64,000 nt of DNA from Octopus vulgaris (taxonomy: Eukaryota), in NCBI GenBank assembly GCA_951406725.2, contig OX597819.1:109864001-109928000 (forward strand), given 5' to 3'. The notes under the pieces were generated by a model. That model worked only from the letters and a program-made list of their open reading frames with translations. It ran no database searches and was not told the DNA's origin. Shown piece by piece: positions 26,063 to 41,480 of this stretch. The translations under genes and the position numbers were made by a program. Position 1 is the stretch's first letter; every line of letters begins with the position of its first letter.

Positions 26063-27430
26063 TTATTTTAAAATTCTAAATTTAAGCTGCAAAGATAGCG
26101 TCGAACCGTCTTTTAGATAGATTTGCATTTGATACGATGTAATATACACTGGTCTGATTAATGATAGACTTGATTGTGCCTGAATGAATAACTGGCGTTT
26201 TGATGCCATTACCATTGCCTTATATATGAGTGGCAAATGGCCAATTACATTTTTAGGTACTACTGTTATTTGGGTTTCGTAATTAAAATCATTCTTTGCA
26301 TTTCCATAATTAATCAACGATAGGGAATGAGCAATATTAATATTAATTGGTTGATTTTAAGCGGGCTAGGGTTGAATATGTTACCATCTTTATGTCTAGG
26401 AGATAAGTGAATTTTTACAAGATGGATAAATTATTTTCCCATCGGATGCCGATAGCCCGAATGTAATGGATTAAACCATATAACCCATTGATTTCTTTTA
26501 TTGATTGTATATTTGAGTGTATATTTACGATGTTTACATGTTTATATTGTGATGATTATTTGAGATTTTTACATCCGGTGGATGCGAACTCAATAAAACC
26601 AACATCTTTAGAATAAAATACTTTATATGATAATGAATATTTTGTCTTAAATCGTTTGGTTTAATGTATGGTTGGAATTTGTTATTACTCCTTTAACTAC
26701 GTAATTAAATTAAATGGTTATTCCAGTGATGATGTTAAATATAAACAAAAAAAAACCCCAAAAAACAAAAACAAAAAACAAACAAACAAACGCAGACTGG
26801 TATTTTCTGCAAGTCACGTTGCCTCAATAAATTTCACATAACTCAACAAAAATAGTTTCAAGCATGACTTTCAACAGACGATAGATTGGTATAAAAAAAC
26901 AAAAACAAAAGACAAACAAAACAAAAAAATAACTGTCCTCCTCTGTTTTGAGTGGATGTATCGGTTTTTCGCACTAAAAGGGTCAAGATTAAATGTTACA
27001 TCTAACGAATTGAATATTTTACGGTTATTACTGTATTGTTTAAATTCAATTTGTTGATTAGTTTTTTTGCTAAATTTATCTGCTTGTTGTCTGATCATAT
27101 TTTTGGAAATTAATCCGTAATCGCTATAAATTCCACTGTTATTAGAGTGGAATTTATCGTGGATTAAGTTTTGAATACATAAATCTATCAAATTAGTAAT
27201 TTCTACGAAACTTTTAGCTCTTATGCTTATATCGAAAATCTATAAACTATATTTTTATCGTGTGAATTCGTTTTCTTGTATGAATCGTTATTTGTATGTC
27301 ATCATCTGTGATGATAGAATAATGATTAGCGAATTCTTTGGATGTAGAAGTTGCAGAAGGTTATTATATCGAATACATTTAGTGTATATTTTGTTTACCT
27401 TGGATGTTTATAAACAAATTCAATACTGAG
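26063..27430 (-). mobile_element. Highly decayed Penelope-like RT plus GIY-YIG
   Basis: Fragments GIYSDYGL (YRDDGL-like), FNSLDVTFNL..YIH, VIWFNPLHS..GK*FIHLV..H..IFN and IYKAMV..STLS occur in the order expected for a Penelope-type ORF. Confidence 0.65.
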
Positions 27431-27994
27431 TGTAAATTGATTTATTGCGAATGTAAAGAGCCGGTACACAACAATGCATTTTTTCACCAAAGGTTTAAAG
27501 CTTCTATTTATCCACCGCCCTTAATAATTTCTGATTTAGGCACAAGACCTAAATCCACAAATCCATAAGGCTTAAATCCACATGTCCAACGTTCTAACAG
27601 TTCTACCAATCTACTACTCTAGACCGGTACATTTTTGTTGACTCCCAGAAGAGTGAAGTCGACCATGGCAGTATTTGAACTCAGTGAACAAAGCACAGAA
27701 TAAATAGCGCCAGACATTGAATGCCTATTTACAAATAACCATGAAATGGAATAGCGAAAAAAAAAATAAAAGAAACTAACATGAAGTTCGGACTATGTAA
27801 CCAATGAAATGAGAAAGCTGACTGACTATGTCATATCCGGCTTTCCAGTTGAGTCCTTATGATCAGCTGGTAGCTGTCCATTGAGCAATATGTCAAGATA
27901 TGCCGACCTGTAAACAGACAAGCAATGGTATAGTCATCTAGGATACAATATATGACATGATCTGGCCACAATGATCTTAGGCTAACAGGAATTT

Positions 27995-28625
27995 CAACCG
28001 TGTTTTGTGGTCTGCTACCACAACAGCTCCTTTATAGGATCCAGTTAGCTCAAGACATCATCAGGCGGAACCACGTCCGGTTTCGGCCCCTACTCCTCTA
28101 CCGTTATGACGTTGCGCCCTCCCCTTTCGGAGGTGTTCAGCTCTGGTGTTGGGTGCATGTCTTCTTCTTTCTTCTGTTCCCTGGCCTCTTCGATGTAGCG
28201 TCAACGAGTGTCAGCGAGCGATTGACTGTCTTGTTTACCTCGTTGTCGAATTTTTTATAACTCGCTGCATAATTTACTTTCGGCCACTTAATCTTTGTCC
28301 TCTTCACGCCTATAACTCTTTTTGACTGTTTCAATTCAACTGTGGAATAAACCTCGCTATGGATAGTTTCCAAGAGGTTCTGGCCACACGTCTTATGGTT
28401 TATCAACCCGCGTTGTTGAATTACTTTCTTCTGACACACCTTCCCTTGGTGGATTCTCAGCCCGATGTAACTAGCAAACACCTTTCCGCAGCAGCTGAAC
28501 TCCTCATCTACCATTCCTTTACCGCTTCCTTTCTCATTGCTCATTTCCGGTCCAAGTTCATTTCGTTTTTTTTTTCCGTTCCTATTTGATCCTTTATTCT
28601 TCCCCCGTGGTCCGGAAGAATATCA
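27995..28625 (-). mobile_element. Internally deleted HERO-like non-LTR element
   Basis: ORF 28137-28544 has CCGKVFASYIGLRIHQGKVC (N-terminal zinc finger) and KIKWP..FDNEV, then runs directly into sequence shared with 11422-11560; no RT between. Confidence 0.7.
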
Positions 28626-29764
28626 AGGTAAACCGTTTAAATAAAATAATTATGGACTGGAACAAAAACGGAGCGATAAACATCTTGGTAATTTCTGGCC
28701 AAAAAAATGTTCAAAACAGATAGCGAAACTATGGATATTGAAACTCACGTGGGAGGGCGTGCGTTATAGTAAAAATACAATAGTAACTGGAAGATTAGTT
28801 ATGATGAAAAATATAAACATGCAAGCCAATCCAGTGCTCAGAACGTTACACACAGACTGAATATAACTTAGGTATAACTCACATCTTCGACGAGACTCTT
28901 TCAATTTAAGAGTACGACTCAAACAGCAGACTCACTCTATGGAACTTATACTCAATAAAATAACCAGTAGTAAAATAGCCCACATCGTACTACACATACT
29001 CTACAGATCAACTCAGATTAAGTTAGTAAACCCTTGTTTTCGCCCTTGCTATCTCCTTATGTGTGTATTTATGTATGTCCTTGTTCAGTTTTACGTCAAA
29101 ATTTCTTGCCAATAGGGAAAGGCACGGTTACTAAATTCATTGGAATTACAACACCAACTAGGTATTTGTGCATATATATGTGCATGTGTGCAGTAATTGG
29201 AGTCCGTGCATGTGCAGATTTGTAAGTTTTGTGTTATGTATGTATCCTCATGCATACAGTTGCATGTCTCAGCATGCGCATATATACTCAAGTGCTAAAC
29301 TTCCGGAAAGTTCTACAAATTTTTACAGTTCCAGTGATGGTATGTATGTGCATGTGTGTGCGCGCGCGTCTGTGCGTGTGTATGTATGTATGTATGTATG
29401 TATGTATGTATGTATGTATGTATGTACGGAAGAACTTATGTATGCATGAATGCATGCATGTATGTATATATGCATGACTGGATGCGAGAGATGGACAACC
29501 CACAAGAATCTTGTCAAAGAGTTGAAGAGATTTCATCGGGACTGCATCAGAAGCATCCTAAACACCAAGTGGTCTTCTTACTCACCTGATGCTGTTATAT
29601 ATTAGAAGGCGGGCAGCGCCAGCGTTAAGGAAAGAATAATTTTGAACCAGGTGTGTTGGTCTGGTCATGTCCTCAGAATGGAGGATGGAATGATACCTAA
29701 GGGGATTTTTTTATGGGGAGTTGATCAGAGGGAAGCTTATCATCATCATCATTATTATTATTAC

Positions 29765-29820
<56 letters not shown>

Positions 29821-29858
29821 GCCCTTGTGGCCAATAAAAGAATTAATCATCATCATCA

Positions 29859-30758
<900 letters not shown>

Positions 30759-30811
30759 GCCCTTGTGGCCAATAAAAGAATTAATCATCATCATCATCAT
30801 TATTATTATTA

Positions 30812-30850
<39 letters not shown>

Positions 30851-30857
30851 GCATCAT

Positions 30858-30888
<31 letters not shown>

Positions 30889-31020
30889 AGCAGAAGCAGC
30901 AGCAGCAGTAGTAGTAGTGATAGCATCAATATCAGCAGTAGCAGCAGTAGCAGAAGCTGTAGTTGTAGTAGTAGTATCATAAGCATCAGCTTTAGCAGCA
31001 GCAGTAGTAGTAGCAGCAGC

Positions 31021-31066
<46 letters not shown>

Positions 31067-31188
31067 ATAGCATCAGTATCATTCATCATCATCATCGTCA
31101 TCAACAACATCGTCATCAACACCATCATCACCATCACCCCCCATCCTCATCAGTAGTAGTAGCAGTATTAGAATTAGTATTAGTATTG

Positions 31189-31221
<33 letters not shown>

Positions 31222-32282
31222 CGGGGCATGAGTTGTCACAGCTCATCACTGCATTCGCTATTTGTTGGTGATTCCCTTCAACGACGCCTGTGCACCCCTC
31301 AGGCGACAACCCTCCAACACATGGGCCTATTTGGGCAATAGTTACTTGTGAGGGTTTTACGAGGTCGGAGTGTAAATCCTACCCCAGTCTCCTTTAGTCG
31401 CCTATTTTTACGGGACGCGGAGAAAACGTTGGGTTTATTCTTTGACATACCGGTCCTCATACAGCACTACAGCAACGAGAAACGAAATGTTTTTCCTGAG
31501 AACACAACATGCCGCCCGTTCTGGGTATCGAACCCACGATCTACTTGACCACTGGATAAATCAGGGGAACGATTTAAGGATGTGATAAAAGGCAATCTGA
31601 AAACTTCAGGGATTAATGTGGATAACTGGGAGGCAATAGTTAAAAAGTGTGCACCATGGAGAAAAATTGTTAGGAATAGATTTGATATTATCGATCAAGG
31701 GTGAGTGGAGCACGCCGCTCTGAAGCGCTCATTCTGTAAGCAACACTCAAGTGCAGGGCCTTCAGAAATTCTGATGGAATTGAGGTTCAATGTGTGGAAG
31801 ATTTCTTCCCTCCATGGCTAGATTGGTCCAGTACATGCGTTCATATGAGTCAGGAAGAAATTAGGTAGCTTGTGAAACGATTCTACTGTCACGTTCTCCT
31901 TGGAACATTTTAATGAGTGTGGCTTGGTATGCAAATTAGCTTGTGGCCTGACCAAGCATAGTAAAATACTTGAGGTCACAACTCAGCTGGTAATGCCAGG
32001 AGACAAACAGTACAAGTGTTGCATGTGTGAAATTGCCTGCAGAATGGAAGCAGAGTCGAAGATCCACCTGCTTGTCCATGGGCGTACAAGGTTCAGCGAA
32101 GGGATGGCACTCTTCTGACGAGAAGGATCGATCAGCATGTATGTATGTATTTCGGTGTCAATCAATCAATCAATCAATCAAGCAAGCAAGCAAGCAATCA
32201 AGCAATCAAGCAATAAATCAATCAATCGATCTATCAATTGAACAATCAATGAACCAATCAATCAGTCAATCAATCAATCATT

Positions 32283-34093
<1,811 letters not shown>

Positions 34094-34191
34094 ATGTATG
34101 TATGTATGTATGTATGTCTGTCTGTCTATCGGACTCTCAATCATTCAATCAATCAATCAGTCACTCAATCAATCAATCAGTCAATCAATCA

Positions 34192-34287
<96 letters not shown>

Positions 34288-34422
34288 CACTCTATACGTA
34301 TATATATATATATATATATAAACTTAGATAAACTTAGATATGTTTCGACCAGAGATTGGTCCAAGCCATGTCTAACTTAATAGCACCACCTGATAGGATT
34401 ATTCGAATCCTGTTTAAGTCAA

Positions 34423-34508
34423 GTTTTGTTCAAGTAGTGAGTTCTTGTTGGGTGAGTTGTATCCAGTTTTGTTCAAGTAGTGAGTTCTTGTTGGGTGAGT
34501 TGTATCCA
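34423..34508. repeat. Exact 43-bp tandem duplication at the CR1 ORF end
   Basis: GTTTTGTTCAAGTAGTGAGTTCTTGTTGGGTGAGTTGTATCCA twice. Confidence 0.9.
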
Positions 34509-37031
34509 ATTATGGGTGGCTTATCTGGTATTCTTTGAAGGAATCTATCCAGACTTTGTTTAAAGTTGATGGGATCCTTTTCCTCTTTGATCTCCCTCGG
34601 GACAATGTTAAATAGGGCAGGGCCTGTTGAGGAAAAGAAATTATGTTGCAGTGTACATGTATGTTGTGATCTTGAATTTGGCAGGGGGACGTATAGCCCG
34701 TGGCCCAAGTCTTGGATGAACCTTGAAGCTAATGTTTAGGTCGTTTGGGCAAAGTTGGCGGTATATTTTCCACATCGTACAAATGATGTACCGCTCACGG
34801 CGCCGCTGGAGGGAGTAAAGTTTCAAGGTTTTAAGGCGATCCCAATAATCGAGAGCAGCCATGCCTTCAATTTGTTTAGTGAGAGCCCTCTGGGGTGACT
34901 CAATTCTGGAGATGTTTTGTCTTGTGTGAGGAGACCACAGTGGGCAGCAGTATTCAAGGTGTGGCCGTACAAAGGAGGAAAAAAGTGGTATGATGACACC
35001 TTGTTCTCTGGACCGGAAAGTTCTTAAGATCCAGGAACTCATCCTACGAGCTATATCGACCTTCTTGTTGATGTGTGCACTCCAACTGAGATCGTCATCA
35101 ACAATTACACCCAGGTATCTGATATTGTTAGAGGCTGTGAGCGGTTCCCCTGAAGGAAGAGAGTATGGTTGTTTTAGTGAGGAATTTCTTCCAAAATGCA
35201 TCAGCTCAAATTTTCCCTCATTCAGTTGCATTTTGTTTCTGTCTGCCCATTGACTCACAGCATATAGATCAGACTGGAGTTGAGTTCGGTCTGCTTCTTC
35301 ATTGACGATTTGCTGGAGCTTAGTGTCATCAGCGAATATTTTCACTTTGCAGTGATGTACGACACTGGAAAGGTCGTTTACGTAAATTATGAAGAGTAGC
35401 GGACCCAAAACAGTTCCCTGGGGAACACCGCTGGTGACTTTTGCTGGGTTTGAGTGGACTCCATCAACTACAACATGTTGTGTTCTATTCGCCAGGAAAT
35501 ACTTAATCTAGTGTAGAACTTTTCCACGGATTCCAACATTTGCCAATTTTGAGAGTAGGATGTTATGGTCTACCCTGTCGAACGCTTTACTGAAGTCAAG
35601 ATATATGACGTCAGAGTTCGAACCTGTTCCCAAGGCTTTGAGTACATCTTCAATGTGGTGTAAGAGCTGTGTTAGACAATCCCTGCCACAGCGAAAGCCA
35701 TGCTGATTTGAATTTAGGAGTTTGTGGGTCTCCAGGAAGTCAGCTATCCTTGATCTTAACACTCTTTCAAACACTTTAATGATGTGGGAGGTGAGTGAGA
35801 TTGGGCGATAGTTGACTGCTAGGGATCTGTTTCCCTGTTTGAAAACCGGGATGACCGACTGGGATAGAAACTGTTTCGGTATATAACCTGCGTCTAACGA
35901 ATTTCTCCAGAGGTTGGTCAGAGGGACTGCAAGTTGATATTTACATTCCTTCAGGAGACTAGCGGGAAATCTATCAGGGCCTACAGCAGAGTAATGTTTG
36001 ACCTCATTTATTGCTGCTACGATGTCGGTGGCAGTGAAGGTTATGTCTGCGATTTTGTGTTGGGAGTCAACTTCGTTCGTTTCCTTCACGTCAATATCAG
36101 TGGGAACACTGAAGACAGAGCAGTATTGTTTCTGCAGTATTTCTGCCATTTCTTTAGCATCGTGTTGGGGAATGCCGTTATCATCAATCAATGGCCCAAT
36201 GGGTGAGACAGTGGTTCTATGCTTATTTGCATAAGAATAGAACACTTTTGGGTTCTGTTTGATGTTTTTGATTACCCATTGTTCCTCCACAGCTCTTTGA
36301 TTTTCAATGGAGGTTTTCATGTTAGTCTGCAGATGAAGTTTTTCCAGCTCTAGTCTTTTCATTGTTGTTGAATGTGGATGTTGTGTGTGGGAATATTTTA
36401 ATTGGTTGATTTTTTTGTTGAGTCTTTTGATGCGCCTGATGAGTGTTTTTTTCTTTTTAGGGAGCCGGTTTCTGTTTGTGTTAGTAGATTTCTTGGGAGC
36501 GTGTTTAGAGCATGTATAGGTGACAATGTTTTCAAAGTGCTGCCACGCGGTCTCAATATGAGGGGAATTGAGAGTAAAAGACCAGTCGATGGAAGACAGA
36601 TCCTTTCTGATTGTTCCCCAGTCCGCTTTGTGGAAGTTTATGTTGTCAAATGGGTGCCATGGAGTGGGATTGGCTGGTTTGGTTTTTATATGTCGGGAAT
36701 TAAGATTGCAGAGTACCATGTCGTGGTCTGAGAGGAGAGTTTTTTCGACTGAAATGCTGTGAACGTAGCTAGAGTGATTGGTCAATACCAGATCCAAGAT
36801 CGTTTTATTCTGTCTCGTTGGTTCAAGCACTAGCTGAGTCAGGAAATACTCATCCATCAGATTAAAGAGCAGTTCTGCTGCTGCTCTTTCTGATGTAGAG
36901 CACTTGCCTAACTTCAGAGTATTTGTGGGCCAGTTCACATGAGGGAGGTTAAAATCACCCATCACTAGTACGTTTCCGGAGTGGTACTTCCGAAGGAAGG
37001 ACTTGACTTTGCTAAGGCACTCTTCAAAGTA

Positions 37032-37096
37032 CTGTAGTCACCCTATACAACAGCGCGCGCTGTTGTATAGGGTGACTACAAATAGGGTGACTACAG
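37032..37096. mobile_element. 65-bp palindromic TA-flanked insertion
   Basis: TA CTGTAGTCACCCTAT...ATAGGGTGACTACAG TA; removing it and one TA restores the CR1 frame PLKYFEECL. Confidence 0.85.
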
Positions 37097-37529
37097 TACT
37101 TTAGAGGTGCCTGGGGAGGCCTGTAAAGACCAACAATGGTTATGTCCTTGGCTTTGTTGTACAGTGATACCGATTCACAGTAGCCATTGGAAAATATGTC
37201 CTTGGCATCAAGTGAAAAGGAGTCATATATATATATATATATATATGAATGCATATGTCCATGTGTGTGTGTGTATAGCCTTGTGGTTTTGGATTTGGGC
37301 TAATGATCGTGAAGTCTTCAGTTCCTAGGCTGAGAAGCGCCTTGAGTAAAACACATCATTTCACGTTGCTCCAGTTCTACTCAGCAAAAAACGAGTACCA
37401 GCTGAGTGCTTGCCCAGCTCTTGCTCCCTTCAGCTGTCACGTCATCGATAGCCTATTGGATCAAGGGTAGCAGCTTGTCTGTGTCAGCTTGTGGGTAAAT
37501 AAGCACCTAATACAATTAACGAAAGCGTG

Positions 37530-37685
37530 GTACGCTTATTCTTTGTAAGCCTAGTACGTATTGTAGCAGTATCTTTTCCCGAACAGCTATGTTATGGGGA
37601 TGTAAACACACCAACATCAGTTGTCCAGCGATGGTGTAGGGGACAAACACAGACACACAAATACATACATACATATATACATACA

Positions 37686-37752
<67 letters not shown>

Positions 37753-37915
37753 GACAGGCTTCTTTCAGTTTCCGTCTATCAAATCCACTCAGAAGGTATT
37801 AGTCGGCCTGAGGCTATAGCAGAAAGCACTTGACTAAGGTGCCACGCAATGGGACTGAACCCGGAATCATGGGGTTGGGAAGCAACCTTCTTACCACACA
37901 GTCACTCCTGCACCT
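37530..37915 (-). mobile_element. Family C SINE with internal (TA)n
   Basis: Colinear with the split copy at 8162-10011 and with 63530-63930. Confidence 0.8.
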
Positions 37916-38109
37916 AGGGTTAAACAACTGCATCATCACTATCATATATATATAAATATGAATATATATCTACTTATGTGTATACATATATATGCATGTA
38001 TGTATGTATGTATGTATGTATGTATGTATGTATGTATGTATGTATGTATGTATGTATGTATCTATCTATCTATCTACCTACCTACCTACCTACCTACCTA
38101 CCTACCTAC

Positions 38110-38192
<83 letters not shown>

Positions 38193-38237
38193 CCTACCTA
38201 CCTACCTACCTACCTATCTATCTATCTATCTATCTAC

Positions 38238-38293
<56 letters not shown>

Positions 38294-38943
38294 ACTCTTA
38301 TATACGTATATAGTACACACACACACACACACACACACGCACGCACGCACACACACGCAGCAACACACGTGTTTACATGTGACTACAAACATCCACACCA
38401 ATACCTGTAGACACACACACGTCTTTGTTTCTTCACAAACTCAAACACTAGAGAAACACAAAAGGCCAATATATTTAGCGGCCTTGTCCTGGTTTTGTAT
38501 TTTATAAACAATAAAGACCGCAACAGATGGCACAGGCTGTCCACCACCCTTCACTCTCAGCGCTAATCCATTTAACATTCCCGACATTGATTGCTTATGA
38601 CACGGTGGTGCTATTAACTGAAGTAGAGCTAATACATGTGGTGGTGATAGGGATTGGATGATGGTGATGGTTGGGTGACGGTGGTGGTGGTAGTGGTGGT
38701 GGTAATCGTAATGATAATGGTGATGCTGGTGATGATGTTAGTAATGGCGGTGTTGATGTTGCTGGTAATGGCGATGATGACGGTGCTGGTGATGGGCGGT
38801 GAAGATGATGTTGATGATGATGATGGCGTTGGTGATGGTGATGGTGATGTTGGTGGTAAAAGCGATGCTGGTAATGATGATGATGCAGATGATGGTGTTG
38901 ATGATATTACTGATATCAGTGTCGCTGCTGCTGCTGCTGCTTC

Positions 38944-39014
<71 letters not shown>

Positions 39015-39507
39015 TTGATGATGATCATGATGATGGTGATGATGATCATGATGATCATGATGATGATCATGATGATCATGATGGTGATGATGCAGTTGTT
39101 TAACTCTGAGTGAGCGAACCGATAATCAATGACGTTCTCACCGTAACCACTTCAAATTTTCAAGACACATTATCTAGGACTCCACTATCTAAAATATCCT
39201 TCCTATTATAAGAAAATGCAGAGTCAGATTTGGCTGCTATTTCTACTATATCGACCGACTATAGAGAGGCTTCCTGGTATTAGTGACAATATCGGTGTTG
39301 GTGCTGGTGAATAAACGGCGATGAAAAGGAATCGTCTTTAGATGTCTGGCTCTTTTCCTAAATGGTTTTGATTGTGAAAATGGGTATTATAGTTTTTTAT
39401 TATTATTATTGTTATTGTTGGTGTTGTGGTCGTTTAGCCCCAGGTTTCTGCTCAGATTAGGAATGCCTATTATCCAAAAGAAATCGCAGTAATGACCGAC
39501 TTATATA

Positions 39508-40120
39508 TCAGGTCATCTCATAAGTTCTGTCCGATTTTACCTTTTTTAAAATTGAATGAAATTTAATAGTATTTTAGAATGTCTAATGGAATTAAAAATT
39601 ATTTTTATAAATTTGTGTACATTTAAACTAATTAAATATTATCTTACAGAAAAATAGAATTAAAATTTCTTTGATTAAAACCCTTTCTAACATGGAAGTA
39701 TCCAAAGGGCATTTAAGGCACATAATGCTTTATGAGTACAAAAAAGAAACCTCTACAGCCGAAGCGACTCGAAACATACACTCAGTTTATGGGAAAGAGT
39801 GCATGACTAAAAGAACTTGCAGTAGATGGTTTGCAAAATTCAGAAGCAGAGATTTCAGCCTTGATGATGAAGATCGAACAGGTCGTCCAGTTGAGTTTGA
39901 TGATAAGCTCCTTGAGGCATTACTTGGAGAAAATTCTGCATTATCAGTTGAAGAATTGGCAATAAAGCTTAGTTCAAATCATACAACTGTTCATCGTCGT
40001 CTTCAACAACTTGTAAAGGTTCTTAAACTTGGAAAATTGGTGCCTCATGAATTGTTCCAAAGATACTGCAAATCCTGAGTTGACATCTGCTCTTTTCTCC
40101 ATTCTCGCGAACTCATTATG
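39508..40120 (+). mobile_element. Mariner transposon 5' half (HTH domain, truncated)
   Basis: TA plus TIR-like TCAGGTCATCTCATAAGTTCTGTCCG; ATG 39692 MEVSKGHLRHIMLYEYKK..RWFAKFRS.DFSLDDEDRTGRP..LVPHEL. Confidence 0.88.
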
Positions 40121-40289
40121 AAATTTTTTCTAAATTTTCTACCCTTATTATTTTCACAATATATATATATATATATATATATAGTGTAATAAATAAAATA
40201 TATGCATACATACATACATACATACATATATGTACGTACCTACATCTACATGTATATATACATGCATATATAAATATATATACGTAAGT

Positions 40290-40558
40290 ATAGGACACCA
40301 CGAATAGACGTAGAACTCAACGAGAAACGAAAACGTAAAAACAAACATGGAAACGGACCTTTTTTTAACAACGAAAAAACAGAGTACAAGACAAACAACA
40401 TGAGGAAAAAATCCCCTTCATCAGCTGTCCCTAGTACGACACCATGCGTGTTTCGAAGGTGAGGACAGAACACGACTCGTCGAACTAAATAAAATTCCTT
40501 TGCAGAGGGGTAAAAACAAGGAAAGAAAAAATGTGACAAAAACCGTTTCCTCCAAGTA

Positions 40559-40630
<72 letters not shown>

Positions 40631-40800
40631 AATTAACAGAATGAGATAAAAATCCAAGGCTGTAAAGATTTTAGAACATTTATAGATAGAAGGTTTTACA
40701 GCTGTTTTCTGGATATTGTATCCCTTCATCGGAGACGGTGTGAGAAAATGGTTAAAATGGATATGTAATTAAACAGATGGATAAATGATAGATAGGTACA
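40290..40800 (-). mobile_element. Penelope-like terminal remnants with hammerhead-like motifs among (TA)n
   Basis: 40693-40736: GTCT CCGATGA A GGGATA caa TATCC a GAAAAC AGCT GTA; 40412-40460: permuted GAAAC..GTC..CTGATGA motif. Confidence 0.55.
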
Positions 40801-41250
40801 AAGATATTATGTACAGGCAAGCATATTATACATACATACATACACACTTAATACACAAATGAAAACTGAAACACATGATCACACACACACACAAACACAC
40901 ACACACACTTCACACATACATGCAAGGACACATATGGAGATACACATCTATGCATAACAGACGCACGTACATAGTCACGCAAACCCATACACATAGACAC
41001 ACCCAAACATGTACGCAAAGAAGAAGGTACACACACAAATGCACACACATACAAACACACACAGACAAACAAAACAAACACACACACATACAAAAACACA
41101 AACATGAACACACAAACACATGAATATGTAGAATACATACATACAAATGCACACATACACGCATACACATATATATGCATACGCACACACACATACATGC
41201 ATACATACATAATACATAATACATACATGCATACATAAATATGTATATAT

Positions 41251-41480
41251 ATATTTCTTTACTGCCCATTAGGGGCTAAACATAGATGGGACAAATAAAG
41301 ACAGACAAAGGGATTAAGTCGATTACATCGACCCCAGTGCGTAACTGGTACTTTATTTATCGACCCCGAAAGGATGAAAGGCAAAGTCGACCTCGGTTGA
41401 ATTTGAACTGAGAAAGTAACGGCAGACGAAATACGGCTACGCATTTCGCCCGGCGTGCTAACGTTTCTGCCAGGTCGCCT
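41251..41480 (-). mobile_element. Family A SINE monomer
   Basis: Head, core and tail all present. Confidence 0.88.

Larger units (their letters stand above)
34321..37225 (-). mobile_element. 5'-truncated CR1-clade LINE (partial APE endonuclease plus RT)
   Basis: LYRPP, MGDFN, ILDLVLTN, NYRPISLTS, QHGFR, YLDFSKAFDRVDH, SGVPQGTVLGPLLFIIYVNDL, FADDTKL, RPHLEYC; TAG at 35508-35510, frameshift near 34685, 65-bp insertion at 37032-37096; 3' tail (TATCTAAGTT)2; (TA)n at both ends. Confidence 0.93.

Noticed and set aside
31226-31545. Decayed SINE-like segment with an RTE 5'-type GGCGACTAAA motif (possible HDV-like ribozyme)
   Set aside because: Too diverged to build the pseudoknot or fix boundaries.
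37958-38507. Many ORFs of YLSI/MYVC/HT/poly-I/poly-N type throughout the window
   Set aside because: Translations of di-, tri- and tetranucleotide microsatellites.
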